This document shows positions 17,180-25,431 of a DNA stretch of 64,000 bases, in pieces; position 1 is the stretch's first letter; each line of letters opens with the position of its first letter. Location of the stretch: assembly GCA_040219515.1 (NCBI GenBank), contig JAVJSI010000016.1:61390-125389 (forward strand), given 5' to 3'. Below the pieces are notes generated by a model. It saw nothing but the letters and a program-made list of their open reading frames with translations. It did no database searches and was not told the DNA's origin. Source of the DNA: Acidimicrobiales bacterium (GTDB lineage Bacteria; Actinomycetota; Acidimicrobiia; Acidimicrobiales; Aldehydirespiratoraceae). The position numbers and the translations under genes are program-made.

Positions 17180-17207
17180 GAGGATCCCCGCTTCGGCGGG
17201 GATCCTC
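17180..17207 (+). terminator. Perfect 12-bp hairpin with UUCG loop after attR (probable ancestral tRNA terminator)
   Basis: gaggatccccgc-ttcg-gcggggatcctc, followed by ccgtttcc. Confidence 0.55.
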
Positions 17208-17286
17208 CCGTTTCCGGGGGCCGCGTCCATCCGCCGTCCCATCCGAGACCCGGTCACTCGACGACCTGGCCGCCTACGCTTCCTCC

Positions 17287-18231
17287 GTGACAGGAATCGG
17301 GCTGGTCGGGTGCGGGCGATGGGGACGACACATCCTGCGGGATCTCCTGGCGCTGGAGTGCACGGTGACGGTCGTCGAGCGGTCGCGTGCGGGACGCGAG
17401 AGGGCGCGGGGCCTGGGCGCCCACCGCGTCGCCTCGACGGTGGACCAGCTCGACGACGTCGACGGCGTCGTGATCGCAACGCCGGTCGCCACCCACGCGA
17501 CCTTCATCCACCAGGGGCTCGACCTCGGCGTTCCGGTCTTCACCGAGAAGGCCATGACCGACGACGTCGGGGCCGCGGACGAGATCGTTGAGCGCGCGGC
17601 TGATCGCGTCTTCGTCATGGAGAAGTGGCGGTATCACCCGGCAGTCATCCGACTCGCCGAACTGGCGGCGGAGGGCACCCTCGGGCAGATCGCCGGTATG
17701 TCGACAGTCCGCCACCAGTGGGGTGACAGCCATCCCGACACCGATCCGGTCTGGACATTGCTGCCCCACGATCTCTCGATCGCGAATCACGTGCTCGGTG
17801 GGATCCCGTCGGCGATCTCGGCGCAGCGCGTCAGCGGCCTCGTGGACGACACGTCTGGCCGCAGCGAGCCGTTCGAATGCTCATTCGCCGGCCTGATCGG
17901 CGCGCTGGGCGACGAGGGGGCGCCATGGCTGCACGTCGATGTGTCCGCCCGGGCGCCCCGCGTCCGTCGAGAAGTCCTGCTGTTCGGCAGCACCGCCACC
18001 GCTCGGCTGTCCGATGACGACTACGGGGTGGTGGAGATCCGAGCGACCGGCGACGACGAGGTGCGGGTGGAACGGGTGGCCGACACCATGCCGCTCCTGG
18101 CGGAACTGGCGGCGTTCGTCGGGTTCGTCGCGGGGACGGGCCCGGCCCCGCTGGCGTCGGCCGCGGACGGGGCCTTGGGAGTCAGACGAGTGGCTCAGCT
18201 GCGGGCACTTGCGGCGGGAGCGTCGACATGA
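17287..18231 (+). CDS. Gfo/Idh/MocA-family NAD(P)-dependent oxidoreductase
   Basis: N-terminal Rossmann IGLVGCGRWGRH, VVIATPVATHATFIHQGLDLGVPVFTEKAMT. GTG start. Confidence 0.85.
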   Translation: MTGIGLVGCGRWGRHILRDLLALECTVTVVERSRAGRERARGLGAHRVASTVDQLDDVDGVVIATPVATHATFIHQGLDLGVPVFTEKAMTDDVGAADEIVERAADRVFVMEKWRYHPAVIRLAELAAEGTLGQIAGMSTVRHQWGDSHPDTDPVWTLLPHDLSIANHVLGGIPSAISAQRVSGLVDDTSGRSEPFECSFAGLIGALGDEGAPWLHVDVSARAPRVRREVLLFGSTATARLSDDDYGVVEIRATGDDEVRVERVADTMPLLAELAAFVGFVAGTGPAPLASAADGALGVRRVAQLRALAAGAST

Positions 18232-18733
18232 GCTCAGCAAGCGACGGGAGGGCGGCATCGCGCTCGCTGATGAGCGGTTCGGTGACGGGCCAGTCGAGCC
18301 GAAGCTCCGGATCGTCGAAGCGGCATCCGTGCTCGTCGGCGGGATCGAAGTAGTGCGACACCGCGTAGACGTGGATCGACGGCTCGGTGAAACAGAAGCC
18401 GTGGGCGACGCCAGGCGGAATCGCGATCGCCCCGGAGCCGGCGCGCAGCTCGACCGTCGCAGCTCGCCGAAAGCTCGGCGAAGCGGCGCGAAGATCGTGG
18501 AGACCGATCACAGCGGCGCCCTCGGCGAGCAGGAGGAGGTCGTGATGTCGCTGATGCACGTGCACACCTCTGAGCACGCCCTGTTCGCTGCGCACGACGT
18601 TCCACTGGCGAGGTGCGGACCCTTCCTGTGTGTTCGCACGCCAGATCTCGGTGAGTGAGCCGCGTTCGTCGCGATGGGGCGTGAACGGTTGCAGGGTGAC
18701 GCCCTCGATACCGTCGACCGTTGCTCTCGTCAC
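18182..18733 (-). CDS. dTDP-4-dehydrorhamnose 3,5-epimerase-like cupin (RmlC family), copy 1
   Basis: HRDERGSLTEIWR...RGVHVHQRHHDLLLLAEGAAVIGLHDLR...IPPGVAHGF...YFDPADEHGCRFDDPELRLDWP is the RmlC pattern. Its 3-prime end overlaps the convergent oxidoreductase gene by 50 bp. Confidence 0.85.
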   Translation of the reverse strand: MTRATVDGIEGVTLQPFTPHRDERGSLTEIWRANTQEGSAPRQWNVVRSEQGVLRGVHVHQRHHDLLLLAEGAAVIGLHDLRAASPSFRRAATVELRAGSGAIAIPPGVAHGFCFTEPSIHVYAVSHYFDPADEHGCRFDDPELRLDWPVTEPLISERDAALPSLAELMSTLPPQVPAAEPLV

Positions 18734-19275
18734 GCCAGGAACCGGTCTGTGGCGAAGTCGTGCATCAGTTGCTCGAGCGACCCGGCCGCCGCGTCCTCGT
18801 CGCTCAGCAGCGGACGTTCGTCGGGCCAGTCGATCCCGAGACCGGGGTCATCGAAGCGGCAGCGCCACTCGTCGGAGCCGTCCCATTCTCGGGAGAAGCC
18901 GAGCAGGTAGGACGCGGCGTCGTCGAACCAGAAGCCGTGGACGACACCAGGAGGGATTCGGATGGAGCCGTCCTCGGGGCCGAGCGGCCGGAAGTCCGAC
19001 GACCCCGCGGTGGGGCTGTCGGGGCGGATGTCATGGAGCGCGAGGTGAAGGGTGCCGCTCACGACCACGAGTTGATCGACGCGCCGGCGGTGGACATGCA
19101 TTCCGCGCAGCGTTCGCGAACGACTCGTGCAGAGCGTCCACTGGCGAGGTCGATCGTCGTGGTCGTGCCACTCGTCACGCCATATCTCGGTGAATTGACC
19201 GCGCGCATCGCGGTGCGCGGTGGTTCTTCGCTGTTGCACCGCGGCGATGCCATCGCCGCTCCACCCGATCAACAC
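18730..19275 (-). CDS. RmlC-family cupin, copy 2 (divergent paralogue)
   Basis: HRDARGQFTEIWR...RGMHVHRRRVDQLVVVSGTLHLALHDIR...IPPGVVHGFWF...RCRFDDPGLGIDWP. There is a 4-bp overlap with copy 1. Confidence 0.8.
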   Translation of the reverse strand: MLIGWSGDGIAAVQQRRTTAHRDARGQFTEIWRDEWHDHDDRPRQWTLCTSRSRTLRGMHVHRRRVDQLVVVSGTLHLALHDIRPDSPTAGSSDFRPLGPEDGSIRIPPGVVHGFWFDDAASYLLGFSREWDGSDEWRCRFDDPGLGIDWPDERPLLSDEDAAAGSLEQLMHDFATDRFLA

Positions 19276-19292
19276 GAGGGCATCCTAGGGGA

Positions 19293-20264
19293 ATGACACA
19301 CGGCCAGCCGACTCGGATCGGCGTGATGATCCCGACATTCGACCACGGTCCGATGGTGCGCTTCGCCATCCGCTCGGTACTCGATCAGGACCTGGCGCCG
19401 GCGGAGGTGCTCGTCGTCGGCGACGGCGCACCTGATGCGACCGCAGCGACGGTGCTGGCGCTGGGCGCCGCCGACGCCAGAGTTCGCTGGCTTCCGTATC
19501 CCAAGGGTGAGCGGCACGGTGAACGCAGTCGCCACGACGTCTTGACGAAGCACACCGATGTCGACGCGGTCTTCTATCTCGGGGATGACGACGTCTGGTT
19601 TCCGGACCATCTCGCTCGCCTCGTGCCCCGGCTCGCCGATCACGATTGTGTCTTCGGACTCGACACGCGGGTCCAGCCCGACGGGAGCATGAAGGGGCGT
19701 ATCCACGATCTCGACCGGCCGGCCTACAGGGCGCGACTGCTCGAGAACGACAATCGCAGCTCGTTGAGTTCGTTCGGTCATCGGATGGATGCCTATCGGT
19801 CATTGCCCGAGGGCTGGCGGCCGGCCCCACCCGACATCAACACCGACACGTTCATGTATCAGCAGTTCATCGCGGCGGGCGCAACGGCGACGAGCGGATT
19901 GGTGCCGACCGTCCTGCATCTCGGTACCGCTCCCCGACGGCGGATGCCGCTCGCCGAGCGCGAAGCCGAGCTCGAGTCCTACGCAACGGCGATGGGCGAT
20001 CCGAGCTGGCGTTGGGACGCGGTCGACTCGAAGCTCTTCGACTGGGTGCAACGGCAAGCCTCCATGTTCGAGGAACGCACGTGGCAGCTGGCCGATGAAC
20101 GAGACGACGCGGCGCGAGAGAACCAGCAGGAGTTGGACCGACTCGAGCGCCGGCACGCCTCCGAGCTCGCACGGCTGACAAAGGACCTCGACAGTGGTCG
20201 GGTTGCGGCGCGGACAGTGGTCAGAAAGCTCACGCGTCGCCTGGTCGGTCGCGCTCGTCGCTGA
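19293..20264 (+). CDS. Family-2 glycosyltransferase with C-terminal coiled-coil
   Basis: IGVMIPTFDHGPMVRFAIRSVLDQDL...VLVVGDGAPD...YLGDDDVWFPDHL (GT-A fold, DxD). The last ~80 aa are charged and helical. Confidence 0.85.
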   Translation: MTHGQPTRIGVMIPTFDHGPMVRFAIRSVLDQDLAPAEVLVVGDGAPDATAATVLALGAADARVRWLPYPKGERHGERSRHDVLTKHTDVDAVFYLGDDDVWFPDHLARLVPRLADHDCVFGLDTRVQPDGSMKGRIHDLDRPAYRARLLENDNRSSLSSFGHRMDAYRSLPEGWRPAPPDINTDTFMYQQFIAAGATATSGLVPTVLHLGTAPRRRMPLAEREAELESYATAMGDPSWRWDAVDSKLFDWVQRQASMFEERTWQLADERDDAARENQQELDRLERRHASELARLTKDLDSGRVAARTVVRKLTRRLVGRARR

Positions 20265-20409
20265 AGACACTGAGGAGAAAGTCCGCGTCTGGCGCGGCCG
20301 GCGACCACTCCTTGTGGTCGGCGTTCCTTGTGGGGGACGCGGGACGTGCGCTACCTTCGCCCGGCGGATGTGCGGGGGACGTGCACCGGGGGGCGTTGGA
20401 GGCACTTTC

Positions 20410-22611
20410 ATGAAGCAGGGACGGGCGAATCGCGGACGACGTGCGTTGGGTGTGGTGGTCGCAGCTGCGATGTTCACACTGAGTGGGTGCACCTTTCTCG
20501 GTCGGGTCAACGTCCCCGACGGCTACAGCACGGCGGCACCACCGAGCACGGCAGCCAGCACCGATCCGGCGATCTCGGCGACCGGCGAGGTCGTGGCGTT
20601 CGTCTCGGCGTCTGATGACCTCGTTGCCGGTGACACCAACGGCACGAGCGATGTGTATGTCCGCGATGGCCTGGTCACGTCCCGGGCCAGCCTGACGAAT
20701 GGCGGCGGCGAGTCGGCCGGGACTGCGTCGCAGCCGTCGGTTTCCGCCGATGGTCGGTACGTGGCGTTCGTGTCGACCGGTGCGGACCTGGTGGCGGGCG
20801 ACACCAACGGCACCGAGGACGTCTTCGTCCGCGACCGTGTGGCCGGTACGACCGAGCGCGTGAGCGTGACGAATGGCGGCGGCCAGTCGGCCGGGACTGC
20901 GTCGCAGCCGTCGGTTTCCGCCGATGGTCGGTACGTGGCGTTCGTGTCGACCGGTGCGGACCTGGTGGCGGGCGACACCAACGGCAGTAGCGACGTGTTC
21001 GTTCGTGACCGGGTCGCAAGCACGACCGAACGGGTCAGCGTGCGGAGCAGCGGCAACCAAGCCAACGGTGCGAGCAGCGAGCCTTCGATCAGCCCTTCGG
21101 GAGAATGGGTCGCCTACACGTCGCTGGCGACGAACCTCGTCAGTGGCGACAGCAACGGCGTCGCCGACGTGTTCCTGTCGGCCCGTGCGGGAGGCGACAC
21201 CACGCGGGCCAGCGTGCCCGATACTGTCACCCGCCCGTTCCAGCAATCGAACGGTGCCAGTTCAGAACCGGTGGTGAGCGACGAAGCCACCGGCTACCTG
21301 GGTGCACCGGCCCCGGTGATCGCGTTCTCATCCGAAGCGACCAACCTCGAGGGCACCGACGGCAACTCGGGCCGCGACGTATTCGTCACGAGTCGGGTCT
21401 TCGGCGCGATCGATCGCACCCTGCGCCTGAGCAACAGCGCCGAGATCGCCTCGGCACCGTCCCTGGCCCTGATCGACGGTGGCCCCAGGTTCGTGGTGTC
21501 ATTCGTCGTGGGCGACGATGTGGTGTCGGTCGAGCGTCTCTCGCCGGTCGACCTCGCCGGTGTGCAGCGCAGAACCGTGAGCGTCGACAACGACGGTGGC
21601 CCGGCCAACGGCGCGAGCGGATCGCCGGCGGTGTCGGGCGACGGGCGTTTCGTCGCGTTCGAGTCGACCGCCGGAAATCTCGCCGGCGGGACCGCCGTCG
21701 CGACGGCCGGCGACATACGGATCGGTCGAGCGACCAAGACCAGCGTCGAGGCAGTGACCCCGGACCGCCTCGGCTTGCTGGAAACGCGTGACCTCACCGT
21801 CAGCGGTGCGAACTTCGATCCGGGAAGCTCGGCGATCTCGCTCGGCGGATTGCTCGTCAACTCCACCACCTTCGTGTCGGCCGACGAACTCGTGGTGAAC
21901 GTGACGGCAACGGTCGATGCCGCGACGGAGGACTTTCAATCGCTCTACATCCTGACGGCCGGCCGCGCCGGCGGACCCGACGGCCTCGATCTGGCCACGT
22001 GCGAGGACTGCATCGAGATCGCTGCGGTGGTCGAGCAACCCGGCGACGTCGACATCGAGATCACCGAGATCGCGATCGAGATCGGCGGATTCGAGTTCGC
22101 CACGCCCAGCTGCCCGCTCGGGGCGTGCCCGGCGATCTCCGGAGAGGTCTCGGTCGACGGTGACCTCGAGTTCGGTCTCGACTCGATCGAGCTCGACCCG
22201 ATCGAGATTCCGGTGGAACTCATCCAGGGTCTCGAGGTCACCGTCGGTCTGGTGCCCAAGTTCGTGGCCCCGAACGGCACGGTGGTTCCGGCCAACGGCG
22301 CCATCGACCTCGGGTTCGGCTTCGCCATCGGTCTCGAGAGCGCGCTCTTGCCGTCGTCGTGCGCGATCGGGCCGGTGCAGGCATCGCTGTCGGCTGGTCC
22401 CGGCGGCGATCCGCTCGGTGTCGCCTACGACCAGGCCGACGGCACGGCGGTCCTGCACGGCGGCTTCACCGAGGAGCTCGCCATCACCGGGTGTGGTCTG
22501 TTCACCGGTGTGCTGAACACGCTGTTCGGGTTCCCGATCCCGATCGCCGAGAACCAGCTCGAACTCCGCGTGCAGCTCGACCCGGTCCTGACCGGCACCG
22601 TCGTTCCCTGA
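20410..22611 (+). CDS. Lipoprotein with PD40/TolB-like beta-propeller repeats and IPT/TIG-like domain
   Basis: The start is trimmed to MKQGRANRGRRALGVVVAAAMFTLSGC (signal peptide + lipobox LSGC). There are more than six repeats of the S.DGRYVAF.S.A.NLV.GDTNG..DVFVRD type. TPDRLGLLETRDLTVSGANFDPGS is IPT-like. Confidence 0.75.
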   Translation: MKQGRANRGRRALGVVVAAAMFTLSGCTFLGRVNVPDGYSTAAPPSTAASTDPAISATGEVVAFVSASDDLVAGDTNGTSDVYVRDGLVTSRASLTNGGGESAGTASQPSVSADGRYVAFVSTGADLVAGDTNGTEDVFVRDRVAGTTERVSVTNGGGQSAGTASQPSVSADGRYVAFVSTGADLVAGDTNGSSDVFVRDRVASTTERVSVRSSGNQANGASSEPSISPSGEWVAYTSLATNLVSGDSNGVADVFLSARAGGDTTRASVPDTVTRPFQQSNGASSEPVVSDEATGYLGAPAPVIAFSSEATNLEGTDGNSGRDVFVTSRVFGAIDRTLRLSNSAEIASAPSLALIDGGPRFVVSFVVGDDVVSVERLSPVDLAGVQRRTVSVDNDGGPANGASGSPAVSGDGRFVAFESTAGNLAGGTAVATAGDIRIGRATKTSVEAVTPDRLGLLETRDLTVSGANFDPGSSAISLGGLLVNSTTFVSADELVVNVTATVDAATEDFQSLYILTAGRAGGPDGLDLATCEDCIEIAAVVEQPGDVDIEITEIAIEIGGFEFATPSCPLGACPAISGEVSVDGDLEFGLDSIELDPIEIPVELIQGLEVTVGLVPKFVAPNGTVVPANGAIDLGFGFAIGLESALLPSSCAIGPVQASLSAGPGGDPLGVAYDQADGTAVLHGGFTEELAITGCGLFTGVLNTLFGFPIPIAENQLELRVQLDPVLTGTVVP
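20693..20991 (+). repeat. Intragenic tandem duplication, 174-bp period
   Basis: 20693..20817 and 20867..20991 (~125 bp each) differ at one position (ggcgag vs ggccag). The remaining ~49 bp of each unit are diverged. Confidence 0.85.
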
Positions 22612-22717
22612 CCCCGGGTCCGGCGGGGATCGCTTGTTTGGCGCGCCCGGCAGCCGGGTAGGAGGTCGTTGCGCGCTGTACGCGTGACCACCCCGCCAGG
22701 TTCCAGGAGGACCGCCC

Positions 22718-24157
22718 ATGTCGACCGAGCCCACCACGACCGATGCTGGTATTCCCGTTGCCAGCGACGAGCACTCGCTCACCGCCGGCGCCGACGGACC
22801 GATCGTGTTCCACGATCACTACCTGATGGAGCAGATGGCGGCCTTCAACCGGGAGATGATTCCCGACCGCCAGCCGCACGCCAAGGGCAGTGGCGCGTTC
22901 GGCTCGTTCGAGGTGACCCAGGATGTCACTCAGTGGACGAAGGCGTCGCTGTTCCAACCGGGAGCGAAGACCGACATGGTCGCGCGCTTCTCCACGGTTG
23001 CCGGCGAGAGCGGTTCGCCCGACACGTGGCGCGATCCCCGTGGTTTCGCGCTGAAGTTCTACACCGACGAGGGCAACTACGACATGGTGGGCAACAACAC
23101 CCCGGTCTTCTTCGTCCGTGACCCGATGAAGTTCCAGCACTTCATCCACTCCCAGAAGCGACGCGCCGACAACGGACTGCGTGATCACGACATGCAGTGG
23201 GACTTCTGGTCGCTCTCGCCCGAGACGGCACACCAGGTCGCCTGGTTGATGGGTGATCGAGGGATCCCGAAGACGTGGCGCAACATGAACGGCTACTCGA
23301 GCCACACCTACATGTGGGTCAACGCCGAGGGCCAGCGCGTCTGGGTCAAGTACCACTTCAAGACCGACCAGGGCATCGAGTTCTTCACCCAGGAGGAGGC
23401 CGACAGGGTGGCCGGTGACGACGCCGACTACCACCGTCGCGATCTGTTCACGAACATCGACGACGGCAACTTCCCGTCCTGGACGTTGAAGGTGCAGATC
23501 ATGCCGTTCGACGACGCCGAGAACTACCGATTCCATCCCTTCGACCTGACGAAGGTGTGGCCCCACGACGACTACCCGCTCCACGAAGTGGGTCGGATGA
23601 CGCTCGACCGGAATCCGACCGACTTCCACAGTCAGATCGAGCAGGCGGCGTTCCAGCCCAACAATCTCGTACCCGGCATCGGGCCGAGTCCCGACCGCAT
23701 GCTCCTGGCCCGGCTGATCGCCTACGCCGATGCCCACCGGGCCCGGCTCGGCGTGAACTATCAGCAGATCCCGGTGAATGCGCCCCAGTGCCCGTTCCAC
23801 AGCTACAGCAAGGGCGGCGCCATGCGCATGGACACGGTGAGCGACCCCGTCTACGCCCCGAACAGCAAGGGTGGGCCGGCGGCCGACCCGGCGAAGTACC
23901 CGAACGACGCCGTCTGGTCGGGCGGGGGAGAGTTCCAGCACGCGCCCTACGTGCCGCATGCCGACGACACGGACTTCGTGCAGCCCGGCACCCTCGTGCG
24001 CGAGGTGATGGACGACGCGGCCAGGGAACGACTCGTGGAGAATGCGGCGGGACACCTCTCCGACGGCGTGTCGGACGAGGTGCTCGAGCGCTCGCTCGAC
24101 TACTGGCGCAACATCGACAAGCAGACCGGCGACAAGATCGCCGAGAACATCACCTGA
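22718..24157 (+). CDS. katA: Monofunctional haem catalase
   Basis: 479 aa: [65 protein letters not shown]. Canonical catalase core. Confidence 0.95.
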   Translation: MSTEPTTTDAGIPVASDEHSLTAGADGPIVFHDHYLMEQMAAFNREMIPDRQPHAKGSGAFGSFEVTQDVTQWTKASLFQPGAKTDMVARFSTVAGESGSPDTWRDPRGFALKFYTDEGNYDMVGNNTPVFFVRDPMKFQHFIHSQKRRADNGLRDHDMQWDFWSLSPETAHQVAWLMGDRGIPKTWRNMNGYSSHTYMWVNAEGQRVWVKYHFKTDQGIEFFTQEEADRVAGDDADYHRRDLFTNIDDGNFPSWTLKVQIMPFDDAENYRFHPFDLTKVWPHDDYPLHEVGRMTLDRNPTDFHSQIEQAAFQPNNLVPGIGPSPDRMLLARLIAYADAHRARLGVNYQQIPVNAPQCPFHSYSKGGAMRMDTVSDPVYAPNSKGGPAADPAKYPNDAVWSGGGEFQHAPYVPHADDTDFVQPGTLVREVMDDAARERLVENAAGHLSDGVSDEVLERSLDYWRNIDKQTGDKIAENIT

Positions 24158-24177
24158 CCGGCGCGACGCGCCGGTGG

Positions 24178-25413
24178 TCAGCAGCCCGAGCCGGGCCGGT
24201 CCGGGACCGAGGGGTCGACCACCTCGATGTGCACGTGCGGCCACGACGGCGATGCGGTGAGGTCATCGACCTGCGAGACGAACGGAAGGACCGTCGCGTG
24301 GTCGCCGATCACCGTTTCGCCGGCGACGACCGTGTCACCCACGGCGGGTCGAAGCCCCTCGAAATGCAGCACCTTGACCTCCCAGCCGGGCCGGTCGGTC
24401 GGTTCGATCACCACGAACTCGTCACGATGGTCGCAATAGAGCGTGTATCCGCCACCGCGGATGACGGTGCCCGTGACCGGCGAGCGGATCTCGTCGGCCG
24501 GGTCGATCACGATGTCGGCCGAAGTGTGGCTGCCGTTTCCCCGACCCCTCGATGCCATCGTGGTGACGGCCACCTCGGTCGGCAGGAGCTCCAGCTGCTG
24601 CGCCCCGTCGTGATTGCTCTCGTGGAAGCCGATCATCTCGACTCGTGCACTCGGGAGACTCAGCGTGAGTGGGCCGACGGTGGCGAAGGGGCCGTAGGCG
24701 GTCTCGGACACCTGTCGCACTGCGTCACCGCCATCGCAGGTCGCCGAGGTGGGATCGACGACGACGCCCGGCCGGCCCTCATGGCGATGGAGGAAGGTCG
24801 CCAGTTGGCCGCGCGTGACGCGGAGATCGGGAGAGAACGTGGTCGCCGAGGTGCCGGTGGTGATGCCCTGTGAGTGCATCCACGAGACGGGTGCGTCCTG
24901 CCACGTCCGGGTGACGTCGACGAAGGGATGCAGAGGTGCGTCGGGCTCTCCCCCCATTCGGTGGAGCATCGCGGCGACTTCGCCCCTGGTGACCAGCGCA
25001 TTCGGCGCATAGGTGGTGGGGGAGGTGCCCACGGTGATGCCCTCGGCGGCGAGCCACGAGACGGCGTCGTGCTGCCAATCGGCGATCACGTCGTCGAACG
25101 GGTGCGGTGCCGGCGCAGCGGGCTCGCCCTCCACCCGCCACAGGAACGCTGCCAGCTGCCCTCGTGTGACGAGCCCGTCGGGGCTGAAGCACGATGGACT
25201 CGTCCCCGTCGTGATGTCGTTGTCGACCATCCACTGGACCGCATCCGTGTAGTACCGGTCGGGTGCAACGTCGCCGAATCCGGCGATCGCACCGGCCGGT
25301 TGCACGACCATCGTCAGCGCCGCGAACACCACCGTGATGGCAAGTCGACGATGGACTCGTCCGCATCGATGCCGATCACCCGAGGTGGCCATCACGGCCG
25401 CCGAACGTAGCAC
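24178..25413 (-). CDS. Secreted protein with three SLH domains + C-terminal M23/LytM-like domain (tentative)
   Basis: Signal-like N-terminus, then 3x F.DV......DAV.W.....IT.G.....F.P...VTRGQ.A.FL.R (SLH). The C-terminus carries WPHVHIEV (HxH) and FHESNHD. Confidence 0.75.
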   Translation of the reverse strand: MLRSAAVMATSGDRHRCGRVHRRLAITVVFAALTMVVQPAGAIAGFGDVAPDRYYTDAVQWMVDNDITTGTSPSCFSPDGLVTRGQLAAFLWRVEGEPAAPAPHPFDDVIADWQHDAVSWLAAEGITVGTSPTTYAPNALVTRGEVAAMLHRMGGEPDAPLHPFVDVTRTWQDAPVSWMHSQGITTGTSATTFSPDLRVTRGQLATFLHRHEGRPGVVVDPTSATCDGGDAVRQVSETAYGPFATVGPLTLSLPSARVEMIGFHESNHDGAQQLELLPTEVAVTTMASRGRGNGSHTSADIVIDPADEIRSPVTGTVIRGGGYTLYCDHRDEFVVIEPTDRPGWEVKVLHFEGLRPAVGDTVVAGETVIGDHATVLPFVSQVDDLTASPSWPHVHIEVVDPSVPDRPGSGC

Positions 25414-25431
25414 CGAAACTCTTGCGCCAGG

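Noticed and set aside
20194-20409. Upstream 72-codon extension of the PD40 lipoprotein ORF
   Set aside because: It overlaps the end of the GT2 gene and lacks signal features. The Met at 20410 is followed by a textbook signal peptide and lipobox.
22502-24244. 580-aa minus-strand ORF antisense to catalase
   Set aside because: The plus strand encodes an unmistakable catalase. The antisense translation is repetitive Arg/Gly/Val/His-rich.
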